DNA from: Minwuia sp.
GTDB taxonomy: Bacteria; Pseudomonadota; Alphaproteobacteria; Minwuiales; Minwuiaceae
Assembly: GCF_048263705.1 (NCBI RefSeq)
Contig: NZ_JBLXDV010000009.1
Span: 14,781-78,780, forward strand
Reading direction: 5' to 3'
Length of the DNA stretch: 64,000 bases
Below the pieces are notes generated by a model, which saw nothing but the letters and a program-made list of their open reading frames with translations, did no database searches and was not told the origin of the DNA. This document shows, one piece after another, positions 11,562-20,427 of the stretch. Position 1 is the stretch's first letter; every line of letters begins with the position of its first letter. A program made the translations under genes and the position numbers.

Positions 11562-13298
11562 CTATTCAGGCAGCAGCGCGAAGGTCCAGAAGGACCCGCC
11601 CGGCTGCACCGAGGTCAGCTTGGCGACGGTCTCGGGTGACCCGACACCCTCGACACCGCCCAGCAGGGGCACATAGTTGCGATAGGCTCCGCCGATACCC
11701 GACGCGATGGTCACGTACTGCGTGCCGTCGATCGTGTAGGTCACCGGCTGGCCGATGATCCCCGAGCCGGTCTGGAACTGCCAGACCATCTCACCGGTAT
11801 TGGCATCGAACGCCTGGAACTCACCGGTCTGGGTACCCGCGAAGACCAGATCACCACCGGTAACCATGGTGCCGCCCCAGTTGGCGATCTCCAGCGGATG
11901 TTCCCACTTCGCCTCGCCCGTCATCGGGTCCAGCGCCCGCAGGTAGGCGTGCGGCTCATCCTGCTTCATGTGGAACAGCGCCTTCGACAGGTCGATACCG
12001 ACATAGAAGGTACCCTTGACGAGCTTCGGCTCGATGGCCTTGTAGCCCATGCCGATTTCCAGCGTGTTCGTGTAGACCAGACCGGTTTTCGGGCTGTAGG
12101 ACGCCGGGAACCAGTTCTTGCCCCCGAACGCGCCTGGCCAGACGACGATTTCCTCGCCGGCCCGCATCTTCTTGGTCAGTTCGGAATCGATCGGACGGCC
12201 GGTCTTCATGTCGATGCCGTCGGCCCAGTTCAGGTGCTTCACATACTGGTTGGCCGCCAGCAGCTCGCCGTTGGTGCGGTCCAGCACATACAGGAAGCCG
12301 TTGCGGGCAACATGGATCATGACCTTCCGGTTCTTGCCGTCGATGGTCATGTCGGTCAGGATGTTTTCGCCGACCTCGTCATAGTCGTACGGGTCGTTCG
12401 GCGAATACTGATAGTGCCAGACGATCTCGCCGGTCTCGGGGCGCATCGCCAGGGTCGAGGCGATGTAGAGATTGTCGCCCTTGCGGAATTCGGCGTTCCA
12501 GGGACCGCCGTTGCCGGTGCCCCAGTAGACCAGGTTCAGGTCCGGATCGTAGGAACCCGTGATCCAGGTCGGGCCGCCACCGTGTTTCCAGGTATCGCCC
12601 GGCCAGGTTTCGTGGCCCGGTTCGCCCGGTCCCGCGACCGTGAAGCGGCGCCAAAGATGCTTGCCGGTCTTCAGGTCCCAGCCGTCAATGTAGCCGCGAA
12701 TGCCGTATTCGCCGCCCGAAATACCGGTGATCACCGCCGACGGCGTGACCAGGGGCGCCAGGGTCATGGACTGGCCTTCCTCGATGGAGGCGGCCTGCGA
12801 ACGCCAGACCTCGGACCCGTCCTCGGTCTTCAGCGCGACGACGAATCCGTCCAGCGTCACGCGATAGAGCAGGCCGTCGAGAATGGCCGCCCCGCGATTG
12901 ACGATGCCGCAGCAGACGATGCGCGGGGTCTCCGGCGGATATTCGAACTTCTGCACCCAGATGTTGCGGCCCGTGCGCACGTCGATCGCGTGGGTCGCAT
13001 CGTGTGTCGTCACATACATCCGGCCTTCGTGGATGATCGGCTGCGATTCCTGACCGCGGTTGTCACCCAGACTGTAGTTCCACACCGGCACCAGTCGTTT
13101 GACATTCTTGGCATTGATCTGGTCCAGCGGGCTGTAACGCTTCTGGTCCCAGCCCATGCCCAGTGTCAGAACGTTGTCGGGCGTATTCGCATCGTTCTTG
13201 AGGTCGTCGATGGACTGCGCCCCTGCCCCGAACGGCAGAGTTGCAAGTACAGCGACGCCCAGCAGGCGCTTCAACATTGAATAATCCTCCCTTATCAC
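11562..13298 (-). CDS. xoxF: PQQ-dependent methanol/alcohol dehydrogenase, XoxF (lanthanide) type
   Basis: 578 aa. Signal peptide (true start possibly M8 at 13277). Eight-bladed propeller W motifs, vicinal disulfide CCGIVNRG, and a DYD motif (NDPYDYDE) matching what I recall of the extra Ln-coordinating Asp in XoxF/ExaF enzymes (MxaF has DYA). Confidence 0.85.
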   Translation of the reverse strand: MIREDYSMLKRLLGVAVLATLPFGAGAQSIDDLKNDANTPDNVLTLGMGWDQKRYSPLDQINAKNVKRLVPVWNYSLGDNRGQESQPIIHEGRMYVTTHDATHAIDVRTGRNIWVQKFEYPPETPRIVCCGIVNRGAAILDGLLYRVTLDGFVVALKTEDGSEVWRSQAASIEEGQSMTLAPLVTPSAVITGISGGEYGIRGYIDGWDLKTGKHLWRRFTVAGPGEPGHETWPGDTWKHGGGPTWITGSYDPDLNLVYWGTGNGGPWNAEFRKGDNLYIASTLAMRPETGEIVWHYQYSPNDPYDYDEVGENILTDMTIDGKNRKVMIHVARNGFLYVLDRTNGELLAANQYVKHLNWADGIDMKTGRPIDSELTKKMRAGEEIVVWPGAFGGKNWFPASYSPKTGLVYTNTLEIGMGYKAIEPKLVKGTFYVGIDLSKALFHMKQDEPHAYLRALDPMTGEAKWEHPLEIANWGGTMVTGGDLVFAGTQTGEFQAFDANTGEMVWQFQTGSGIIGQPVTYTIDGTQYVTIASGIGGAYRNYVPLLGGVEGVGSPETVAKLTSVQPGGSFWTFALLPE

Positions 13299-13383
13299 AA
13301 CGGTTTCGTGACCATTGCCTTGTTTATCGCTTTCGAGTTTCCCCTACTGCAGCCTGCTTGGCAAGAATATGAATGCGTGTTTA

Positions 13384-14202
13384 ATGTTCATCCGAGAGAT
13401 GTTTGCCCGTTTGCTGATCATATTCATGGCCGGATGGCTGTCCGTCGTGCCCGCCTCGGCCCAGCCTTCGGGCGCGGCGGAATCGAACGCCGTACCGGAT
13501 GCGGCGGCTGCGTCCGTCCCCATCGATCTGGAGCTGCTGATCGCAATGGATGTGTCCCACAGCGTCACGTTCACCGAACATCAGTCGCAGATCGAGGGCG
13601 TCGCCCGCGCGTTCGAGCATCCCAGGCTGATCAACGCGATCAGAAACCTGCCCGGCGGCAGCGCAGCGGTTGCATTGATGCTGTGGGCAGGCCCTGAAAA
13701 CCAGCTGCTGGCTGTCCCCTGGATGGCCATCAGCGATGACGCAAGCGCCTTCCGCTTCGCCGCCGCCCTGCGCAGACAGACCGAGCCGCCGTGGAAGGGC
13801 CTGAGCTTCACCGCCATCGGGGACGCGCTGCTTCAGGGTGCGGATGCGCTGTCGTCGAACCGGTTCCGGGGGACCCGGCGGGTGATCGATCTGTCCGGCG
13901 ACGATCCGTCGAACCAGGGCGTGGATGTCGCCGAAGCCCGCGATCTGGTCGTGCTGCAGGGCATCGTCATCAACGGCCTGCCAATCCTGCAGGACCGTAG
14001 CGAGCACGAGGACCGGGAGAAGCTGGTGCGCTACTTCGAGAAGGAGGTGGTCGGCGGGCACGGCCATTTCGTCATCCCGACTGTCGATTTTCACGACTTT
14101 CCCCGCGCCATGCTCGCCAAGCTGATCACCGAGGTCTCGGGCACGGAACCGGACCGCACGGATCAGTTCGCATGGCAGCATCCGTCCGGACCGGACCGGT
14201 AA
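13384..14202 (+). CDS. DUF1194 (vWA-like) domain protein, secreted
   Basis: Signal peptide, then IDLELLIAMDVSHSV ... RRVIDLSGDDPSNQGVDVAEARDLVVLQGIVINGLPIL, matching the DUF1194 pattern from memory. Start uncertain: ATGs at 13315, 13369, 13384 and 13399. Confidence 0.6.
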   Translation: MFIREMFARLLIIFMAGWLSVVPASAQPSGAAESNAVPDAAAASVPIDLELLIAMDVSHSVTFTEHQSQIEGVARAFEHPRLINAIRNLPGGSAAVALMLWAGPENQLLAVPWMAISDDASAFRFAAALRRQTEPPWKGLSFTAIGDALLQGADALSSNRFRGTRRVIDLSGDDPSNQGVDVAEARDLVVLQGIVINGLPILQDRSEHEDREKLVRYFEKEVVGGHGHFVIPTVDFHDFPRAMLAKLITEVSGTEPDRTDQFAWQHPSGPDR

Positions 14203-14482
14203 CCGCCAGAACCGTCACCTTCCCGACCGTTACCTCCGCCTTCGTGCAGGAGGCCTGTCTCAGCATGTCGCGGACGTGTCATCCGCAGGCTCGTCCGCCG
14301 CCCCCGGTGCTTGCCAGAGTCAATCGCGAACCTGGAAGACCTGACGCAGTCCGGCTCTCTACAGAACCGCCGCCGCCCGAACCGTCACCCCCGCCTCCGT
14401 GCGGGGGCCATTCTGAATATCCCACGGGCGCGGCGGCAACAGGTACATCAAACCACCTCCGGACAGACCTGGGATTTCAGCT

Positions 14483-15466
14483 TCAATAGGCTGCCGGAGC
14501 GGGCTGGCTCCGCAGGCGGTCGGTCGCGCGTACCAGTTCGTCGATGATGCCCGGTTCGCTGCCCGCATGTCCGGCGTCCGGCACCACGCGGAAGTCGGCT
14601 TCGGGCCACGCCTTGTGCAGGGCCCAGGCGGTCATCATCGGCGTGACGACGTCATAGCGTCCCTGCACGATGACACCGGGGATGTGGCGGATTTTCCCGA
14701 CGTTGGCGATCAGCCAGTCATCGGTCTCGAAGAAGCCGCCGTTGACGAAGTAGTGGCATTCGATCCGGGCGAAGGCCAGGGCGAACTCGGCGTCGGAGAA
14801 ATCGGCCACGCGGCCCGGATCCGACAGCAGTGACAGCGTGCTGCCCTCCCAGGTGCTCCAGGCCCGTGCCGCTTCCAGGCGCACGGCTTCGTCCCCGGAC
14901 GTCAGGCGCTGATAGTAGGCCGAGATCATGTCACCGCGTTCCTCTTCGGGGATCACGTCGACATAGCGTTCCCACTGGTCCGGAAACAGCGCGTCCGCGC
15001 CCTTCTGGTAGAACCAGAGCAGTTCCTCGCGGCGCAGGGTGAAGATCCCCCGCATGATCAGGGCCGACACCCTGTCGGGATGGCTCTCCGCATAGGCCAG
15101 TCCCAGGGCGCTGCCCCAGGATCCGCCGAACACGTGCCAGGTCCTGATGCCGAGGTGATCGCGCAGTTTTTCGATGTCGGCGACCAGATCCCAGGTCGTG
15201 TTCCCGTCGAGTTCCGCATGCGGTGTGCTGAGACCGCAGCCCCGCTGGTCGAACAGGATCACGCGATAGGTGGAGGGGTCGAAGAACCGCCGGTCATCCG
15301 GCTTCTTGCCGCCCCCCGGACCGCCGTGAATGACGACCACGGGCAGTCCCTTCGGATTGCCGCATTGTTCGTAGTGCAGCGTATGGACGTCCGATACCTG
15401 AAGCCGTCCCTGGTCGTAGGGCTCAAGACGCGGATAGAGCGACCGGCGCTTGTTCATCTGGTTCAT
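14483..15466 (-). CDS. pip: proline iminopeptidase (prolyl aminopeptidase, S33 family)
   Basis: Start MNQMNKRRSLYPRLEPYDQG is typical of Pip. HGGPGGG oxyanion motif and GGSWGS nucleophile elbow. The ORF extends upstream to 15655, but the conserved N-terminus begins at M64. Confidence 0.85.
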   Translation of the reverse strand: MNQMNKRRSLYPRLEPYDQGRLQVSDVHTLHYEQCGNPKGLPVVVIHGGPGGGKKPDDRRFFDPSTYRVILFDQRGCGLSTPHAELDGNTTWDLVADIEKLRDHLGIRTWHVFGGSWGSALGLAYAESHPDRVSALIMRGIFTLRREELLWFYQKGADALFPDQWERYVDVIPEEERGDMISAYYQRLTSGDEAVRLEAARAWSTWEGSTLSLLSDPGRVADFSDAEFALAFARIECHYFVNGGFFETDDWLIANVGKIRHIPGVIVQGRYDVVTPMMTAWALHKAWPEADFRVVPDAGHAGSEPGIIDELVRATDRLRSQPAPAAY

Positions 15467-15595
15467 TCTGGCTCGCGTTCCATCCGTTGCATCAAGTGTG
15501 GCGATCGTCACCGGAACCGCCGTAGCACAAACTTCCCGGCGGGCAAATTCAATTGCAGACTGTGGCCTGCTACTTGCCAGTTGAGCGGCAATCGA

Positions 15596-15934
15596 ATGCT
15601 TCGAATGGTGAGAACCGGTTTGAACCGCGAAACTGAGAAAAGAAAGCGCGCTCATATTGTGACTGCAGTCGCAATCTGTGGTGCGTTGTGTGTCGCGGTC
15701 CTCTCACTGTCGTCGGCGAGTGCCGTCTTCAGCCCGTTCCGGGATCAGGTGACACCGCAGCAGACCGCGTTGCAGCTCGCCCGGCATGAGTGCGAAACCA
15801 GCCTGAGCCATTCGATCGTCAAGCGCACGCATGCCAGTCCCGATCATGCCCGCGCGCTGGCCGAGCAACGCTGCGACATGCTGTTCGACGGTGCCGCCAT
15901 ACCACCCCGATCCCTGCCGACCGAAGATACCTGA
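15596..15934 (+). CDS. hypothetical small secreted protein (candidate)
   Basis: ATG at 15596 gives MLRMVRTGLNRETEKRKRAHIVTAVAICGALCVAVLSLSSASA|VF, a textbook Sec signal peptide, then about 70 aa with 2 Cys. Lies in the pip/hlyD intergenic region. No homology recognised. Confidence 0.35.
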   Translation: MLRMVRTGLNRETEKRKRAHIVTAVAICGALCVAVLSLSSASAVFSPFRDQVTPQQTALQLARHECETSLSHSIVKRTHASPDHARALAEQRCDMLFDGAAIPPRSLPTEDT

Positions 15935-15976
15935 CGTCGCCTCCTCTCCGGCGGGACATCATCGCGCGCGAGCGGC

Positions 15977-17266
15977 TTATCTCTCGCGAAAGGCCTCCTG
16001 CCGCAATCTCAGAACGGGACGCAGCAGAAAGCTGGCGACGGAGCGTGACCCGGTCTGAATATCCACGGTTGCCTGCATGCCGGCGCTGATCGGCAGGTCG
16101 CCCGGCCGGTCGCCCAGATAGGACCGGTCCGTCTCGATCACCACCTTGAAATAGGATGAACCGGTCTCGTCGATCGAGGCGTCGGGCGCGATCCGCACAA
16201 CGGTCCCGTCCAGACCGCCGAACCGGACGAAGTCATAGGTACTGATCTTCACGGTGGCGGACTGCCCCTCGGCAACGAACCCCCGGTCGGCGGGACGCAG
16301 CCTGGCATCGACCACCAGATGACCGTCCACGGGCACGATCTCCAGAATGGGCTGACCGGGCGCCACCACACCGCCCAGGGTGCGGAATTTCATGTCACCC
16401 ACGATGCCGTCGATGGGGCTGCGGATCAGGGTCCGGCTCTGCTGGTCGTCGGCGCTGGTGAGTTTCTCGGTGATCGAGCCCAGTTCGACCTCGACGCTCG
16501 CAAGTTCGTCCTGCGCTTCGCGGCGATAGGCCCGCTCGGCCTCCTGCTTGCGCTCGGTGGCTTCGCGCCGGCTCTCGTTGGCGCGTCCGATCGCGGCGTT
16601 CAGGCTTTCGATCTCGCCGCGCAACCGGGCCAGTTCGGACTGTTTCTGATTGATCTCCAGCTTCGAGACCAGTTCGTCCCTTGCCAGGTCGCGCAGGGTC
16701 GCCAGCGCCTCCTCGGCGAAGGCCAGTTCGCGCCGCCGCGCGTCGCGGGCAGCGGCGAACTCTCGGGCTTCCTGCGTGCTCTGGCGCTCCTGCGCGCTCA
16801 GCACGGCGATGATGCTCTGGAACTCCGACTTGCGCGCATCGAAGGCGCGCTGCTCGGCCTGAACCACACCGGGCCGACGGGCGGCGACCTCTGGCGGAAA
16901 TCGCGGGAAGGTACCGCCGGCTTCGGCTTCCAGGCGGGCCTTCTTCAGCAGCAGACCGTCCTCGCGCACGCGCAGCTCCTGCGGATTGCTGGCCGTGACA
17001 CCCAGCGCGAGCCGCAGCAGCGGCTGTCCGGTTTCCACCCGGTCGCCCTCCCGGACCAGCAGTTCCTCGACAATGCCGCCTTCCAGGTGCTGCACGGTCT
17101 TCACATCGCCCTGCGGTACGACGGTGCCGCTGGCGACGGCGACCTCGTCCAGTTCGGCAACCAGCGCCCAGATCAGCAGCAACAGGATCAGCCCGACGAT
17201 TGCGCGCGCAAGCCACAGGATTGTGCGCGGGCGGTGACGGCGGGTCAGATCGTCCAGCGCACTCAT
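15977..17266 (-). CDS. type I secretion periplasmic adaptor, HlyD family
   Basis: About 430 aa starting MSALDDLTRRHRP. Single N-terminal TM, long coiled-coil, C-terminal beta domain. Overlaps the upstream ABC gene by 4 nt. Confidence 0.85.
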   Translation of the reverse strand: MSALDDLTRRHRPRTILWLARAIVGLILLLLIWALVAELDEVAVASGTVVPQGDVKTVQHLEGGIVEELLVREGDRVETGQPLLRLALGVTASNPQELRVREDGLLLKKARLEAEAGGTFPRFPPEVAARRPGVVQAEQRAFDARKSEFQSIIAVLSAQERQSTQEAREFAAARDARRRELAFAEEALATLRDLARDELVSKLEINQKQSELARLRGEIESLNAAIGRANESRREATERKQEAERAYRREAQDELASVEVELGSITEKLTSADDQQSRTLIRSPIDGIVGDMKFRTLGGVVAPGQPILEIVPVDGHLVVDARLRPADRGFVAEGQSATVKISTYDFVRFGGLDGTVVRIAPDASIDETGSSYFKVVIETDRSYLGDRPGDLPISAGMQATVDIQTGSRSVASFLLRPVLRLRQEAFRER

Positions 17267-18969
17267 GATCCCGCGTCTCCCTGCTGTCGCGCCGCTTCCA
17301 GCCGGGCGCGGACATCGCGCGCCGGCCCCGCCGCCACAATACGACCCCCATCCAGGGCGATGATGTTCTGGCACGCATCCAGCAGTTCCGGACTGTGGGT
17401 CACCACGACGATGGTTCGCTCATCTCCCAGCGCGGCAAGGTTCCGGGCCAGCGTTCTGGTCGCCGCCGCGTCCAGATTGCCCGACGGTTCGTCCAGCAGA
17501 AGCACGGGCGGATCGCCGATCAGGGCCCGCGCGATCGCCACCCGCTGACGTACGCCGCCGGGCAGGTCCATGCCGCCCTCGCCGATGACACTGCCATAGC
17601 CGTCCGGCAGCGCCGAAATGGCCGAATGCGCACCGGCCAGATGCGCCGCGTCGATGATCAGATCATCCGAGGCGTCCGGCCTGCCGATGGCGATGTTCTC
17701 GCGGATCGTACCGGCGAACAGGAAGGTGTGCTGCGGGACATAACCGACAGCCCGCGCCAGATCGGCCCGCCCGAACTGTGCGATATCCGCCTCGTCCAGC
17801 AGGACCCGCCCGGAGGCCGGACGATACAGCCCCTGCATCAGCTTCAGCAGCGTGGTCTTGCCCGATCCGTTGGGCCCCACCAGCGCGTGCAGTCCGGCAC
17901 CGATCTTCAGTCGCGCATCCTTCACGGCGGGCGGGCGTTCCGCGGCGTAGGTGAAAGTCACATTGTCCAGCCACAGCACACCGTCACGTACATCGACGCT
18001 GATGGCGCCCCTGTCCGGCTCCTCGGCAGTCGCGAAACAGTCCGTCAGACGCCGCAGCGACTGCCGGGTCGCCATGTAGGTCCGCCAGTTGCCGATCAGC
18101 TGCTGAAACGGCTGCACGATGCGCCCGCCCAGCATGTTGGCCGCGACCAGCGCACCGATGGAAAGCTCCTGGTTCAGGATCGCCACGGCACCCACGGTCG
18201 TCAGCGCAACGGTGGTCATGATCGTCAGCGCCAGTCCCAGGTGCACGAAGGTGTCCGACTGGGTACCGCGCCGTACGGATTCCTCGACCGATCGGGCATG
18301 CCGCTCTTCCCACAGGTCCGACATCGGCTCCCGCAGCGCCAGTGCCTTGACCGTCGCCCGGCCCCCGATCAGCTCGGCGGTGATGGTGTCGCGGTCGTAG
18401 CTGGCGCGCCGCTCGTCGGCGTTCGCCCCCTGCATGACCCGTCCCGAATACCAGGCCAGCGCGATGAACAACGGGAACACGGCAAGCAGCACCCAGCCCA
18501 CCGGTGCCGCGATGATGAAGATGGCCACGGCGAAGAAAAGCGCAAACGGCAGGTCGGCAATCAGCACGGCCGACAGGCCGGAGAAGGCGTTGCGCACCGT
18601 GTCCGCGTCCCGGAACAGGGCCTGCCAGTAGGCAGCCGGACGGCGCTCCAGCACGGGCAGGGGCGACGCCGTGATGCGGCTGTAAAGCGCGCGCGCCAGA
18701 TTGACGTCGATCTCGACGGCGGCGGACCGCAACAGCTTGGCCCGGCCCTGCCGCAGCAGGAAGTCGAAGGCGACGGCGATGATCATGCCGATCACCAGCC
18801 CCTGCAGCGTCGACAGGCCGCCGTGAAAGACGACGCGGTCATAGACCTGCAGGACGAAGATCGGCACCGCGATGGCGAGCAGGTTGACGATGAAGGAGTA
18901 GGCGATGACCTCGCCGATGCGCCGCCTCACGGGGCGCAACACCTCCTTCAACCAGTCTTCAGCACGCAT
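17263..18969 (-). CDS. type I secretion ABC transporter ATPase/permease (PrtD/AprD type, no C39 peptidase domain)
   Basis: About 569 aa starting MRAEDWLKEVL. Six-TM domain, then Walker A GPNGSGKTTLL, ABC signature LPGGVRQRVAIARAL, Walker B VLLLDEPS. Confidence 0.85.
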   Translation of the reverse strand: MRAEDWLKEVLRPVRRRIGEVIAYSFIVNLLAIAVPIFVLQVYDRVVFHGGLSTLQGLVIGMIIAVAFDFLLRQGRAKLLRSAAVEIDVNLARALYSRITASPLPVLERRPAAYWQALFRDADTVRNAFSGLSAVLIADLPFALFFAVAIFIIAAPVGWVLLAVFPLFIALAWYSGRVMQGANADERRASYDRDTITAELIGGRATVKALALREPMSDLWEERHARSVEESVRRGTQSDTFVHLGLALTIMTTVALTTVGAVAILNQELSIGALVAANMLGGRIVQPFQQLIGNWRTYMATRQSLRRLTDCFATAEEPDRGAISVDVRDGVLWLDNVTFTYAAERPPAVKDARLKIGAGLHALVGPNGSGKTTLLKLMQGLYRPASGRVLLDEADIAQFGRADLARAVGYVPQHTFLFAGTIRENIAIGRPDASDDLIIDAAHLAGAHSAISALPDGYGSVIGEGGMDLPGGVRQRVAIARALIGDPPVLLLDEPSGNLDAAATRTLARNLAALGDERTIVVVTHSPELLDACQNIIALDGGRIVAAGPARDVRARLEAARQQGDAGS

Positions 18970-19114
18970 TTGGCCGGCATCCTTGTGACGATAACAGACC
19001 CTTCGGTCTTGCAACTTGAACCACGCTGTCAGAGCATAACGCCCGCGCGCCGGGCAATAGATCGGATAAACGACGATGACGAAAGCCGATTCGTCGGTTA
19101 AAGCTTGGGTTCTT

Positions 19115-20422
19115 ATGGTGTGGAAAGGGCAATTGTTGCGACGCGGCCGGATCATCGCAGTGATGCTGACGATGGGCTGGGGCATGCCCGCGACGGCGGC
19201 CCCCCTGTCCGAGGAACTGAGCGGCCTTCTTCAGGGACACCCTGACGTGCGCGCGGCGGAACGGCGTCTGGATCAGGCCACGGCGGGCGTGACCGAGGCC
19301 CGCGCGCCCTACCTTCCCCAGCTTCGGATCAGTGGCGAGATCGGCTACGAGAATGTCGACAGTCCCGTGCGCCGCGCAACCGGCGGCGATGCTGTCGAAC
19401 AGGTGCGCGAGGTCGGCCGCTTCACCGTCACCCAGAAACTGTTTGACGGGCTGCGCACCGACGGCCAGCTGAAGACCGCCATCGCGCGTGAGTTCAAGGC
19501 GGGATACGGGGTCGAACGTGCGAACCAGCAGATCCTGCTGCGTGGCACGGCGGCCTACATCAATGTCCTGAAACAGACCGAACTGGTGGACATCGCGCTG
19601 GAGACCGAGGCCACGATCCGCAGGCAGCTGACGCTGGAGGACGAGCGCGTGAAACGCGGCTCTGGCCTGTCCGTCGATGTCCTGCAGTCGAAATCGCGTC
19701 TGCAGGCCGCCAAGGAAACGCGGGTCAGGATCGAAGGTCAGTTGCGCGAAGCCATCGCCGAGTATTACGCGGTCTTCAATCACGCACCGGATATCGGGTC
19801 CATGGGCCCGCCCGCCGCGCCCGACGATCTGATCCCCGCCGAACTTCAGACCGCGATCAACCGGGCGCTGAGCGAAAACCCGTTGATCAAGCAGAGCCAG
19901 GAAACCATCGGCGAGGCGAAGCAGCAGCGCAAGGTGGCGATGGCGGACTTCTTCCCGCAGATCGACGTCGTCGCCGAAGGCGCCGTCGAGAATGATTTCG
20001 AGGGCATTCCGGGCAGCCGCAAGGATGTGTTCCTGGGGGTCCGCGCGAACTGGGAGATCTTCGACGGACTGGGGACGGTCGCCGCGACCGAGCGAACGGG
20101 CCATCGCATCGCCGAAACCATGGAAAACCACGCCGCGCTGAGCCTGGAACTGGCCAAGCGTGTCGAGGTGGCCTGGCAGAACCTGGTGACCCTGAGAGAG
20201 CGGCAGACGCTGGCCGAGAACGCCGCGAACATTTCGGTCGAACTGTTCAACGCGCGGCGCAAGCTGCGCACGGCGGGCCGCGAGTCGGTGGTCAACCTGC
20301 TGAACGCCGAGGCGGAACTGAACGCCGCCCGGTCGCGCGCCGTGGCCGCGCATTACGATGCGCTGACCCAGAGCTTCCGGCTGCTGTTCGAGATCGGCGA
20401 TCTGACGCTGGCCGCCTACTGA
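19115..20422 (+). CDS. TolC-family outer membrane efflux protein for T1SS
   Basis: Signal peptide, then two repeated OEP helical/barrel halves. Divergent from the T1SS ABC/HlyD genes. ORF begins at 19076; start chosen at the signal-peptide Met. Confidence 0.75.
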   Translation: MVWKGQLLRRGRIIAVMLTMGWGMPATAAPLSEELSGLLQGHPDVRAAERRLDQATAGVTEARAPYLPQLRISGEIGYENVDSPVRRATGGDAVEQVREVGRFTVTQKLFDGLRTDGQLKTAIAREFKAGYGVERANQQILLRGTAAYINVLKQTELVDIALETEATIRRQLTLEDERVKRGSGLSVDVLQSKSRLQAAKETRVRIEGQLREAIAEYYAVFNHAPDIGSMGPPAAPDDLIPAELQTAINRALSENPLIKQSQETIGEAKQQRKVAMADFFPQIDVVAEGAVENDFEGIPGSRKDVFLGVRANWEIFDGLGTVAATERTGHRIAETMENHAALSLELAKRVEVAWQNLVTLRERQTLAENAANISVELFNARRKLRTAGRESVVNLLNAEAELNAARSRAVAAHYDALTQSFRLLFEIGDLTLAAY

Positions 20423-20427
20423 GACGA

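Noticed and set aside
14172-14489. 105-aa Pro-rich plus-strand ORF between the DUF1194 gene and pip
   Set aside because: Overlaps repeated GC hairpin DNA. Proline/arginine-rich with no start context. More likely terminator or repeat region than a gene.
16319-20353. Multiple 400-570-aa ORFs antisense to the T1SS genes and tolC
   Set aside because: All overlap well-supported secretion genes. These are high-GC antisense artefacts.
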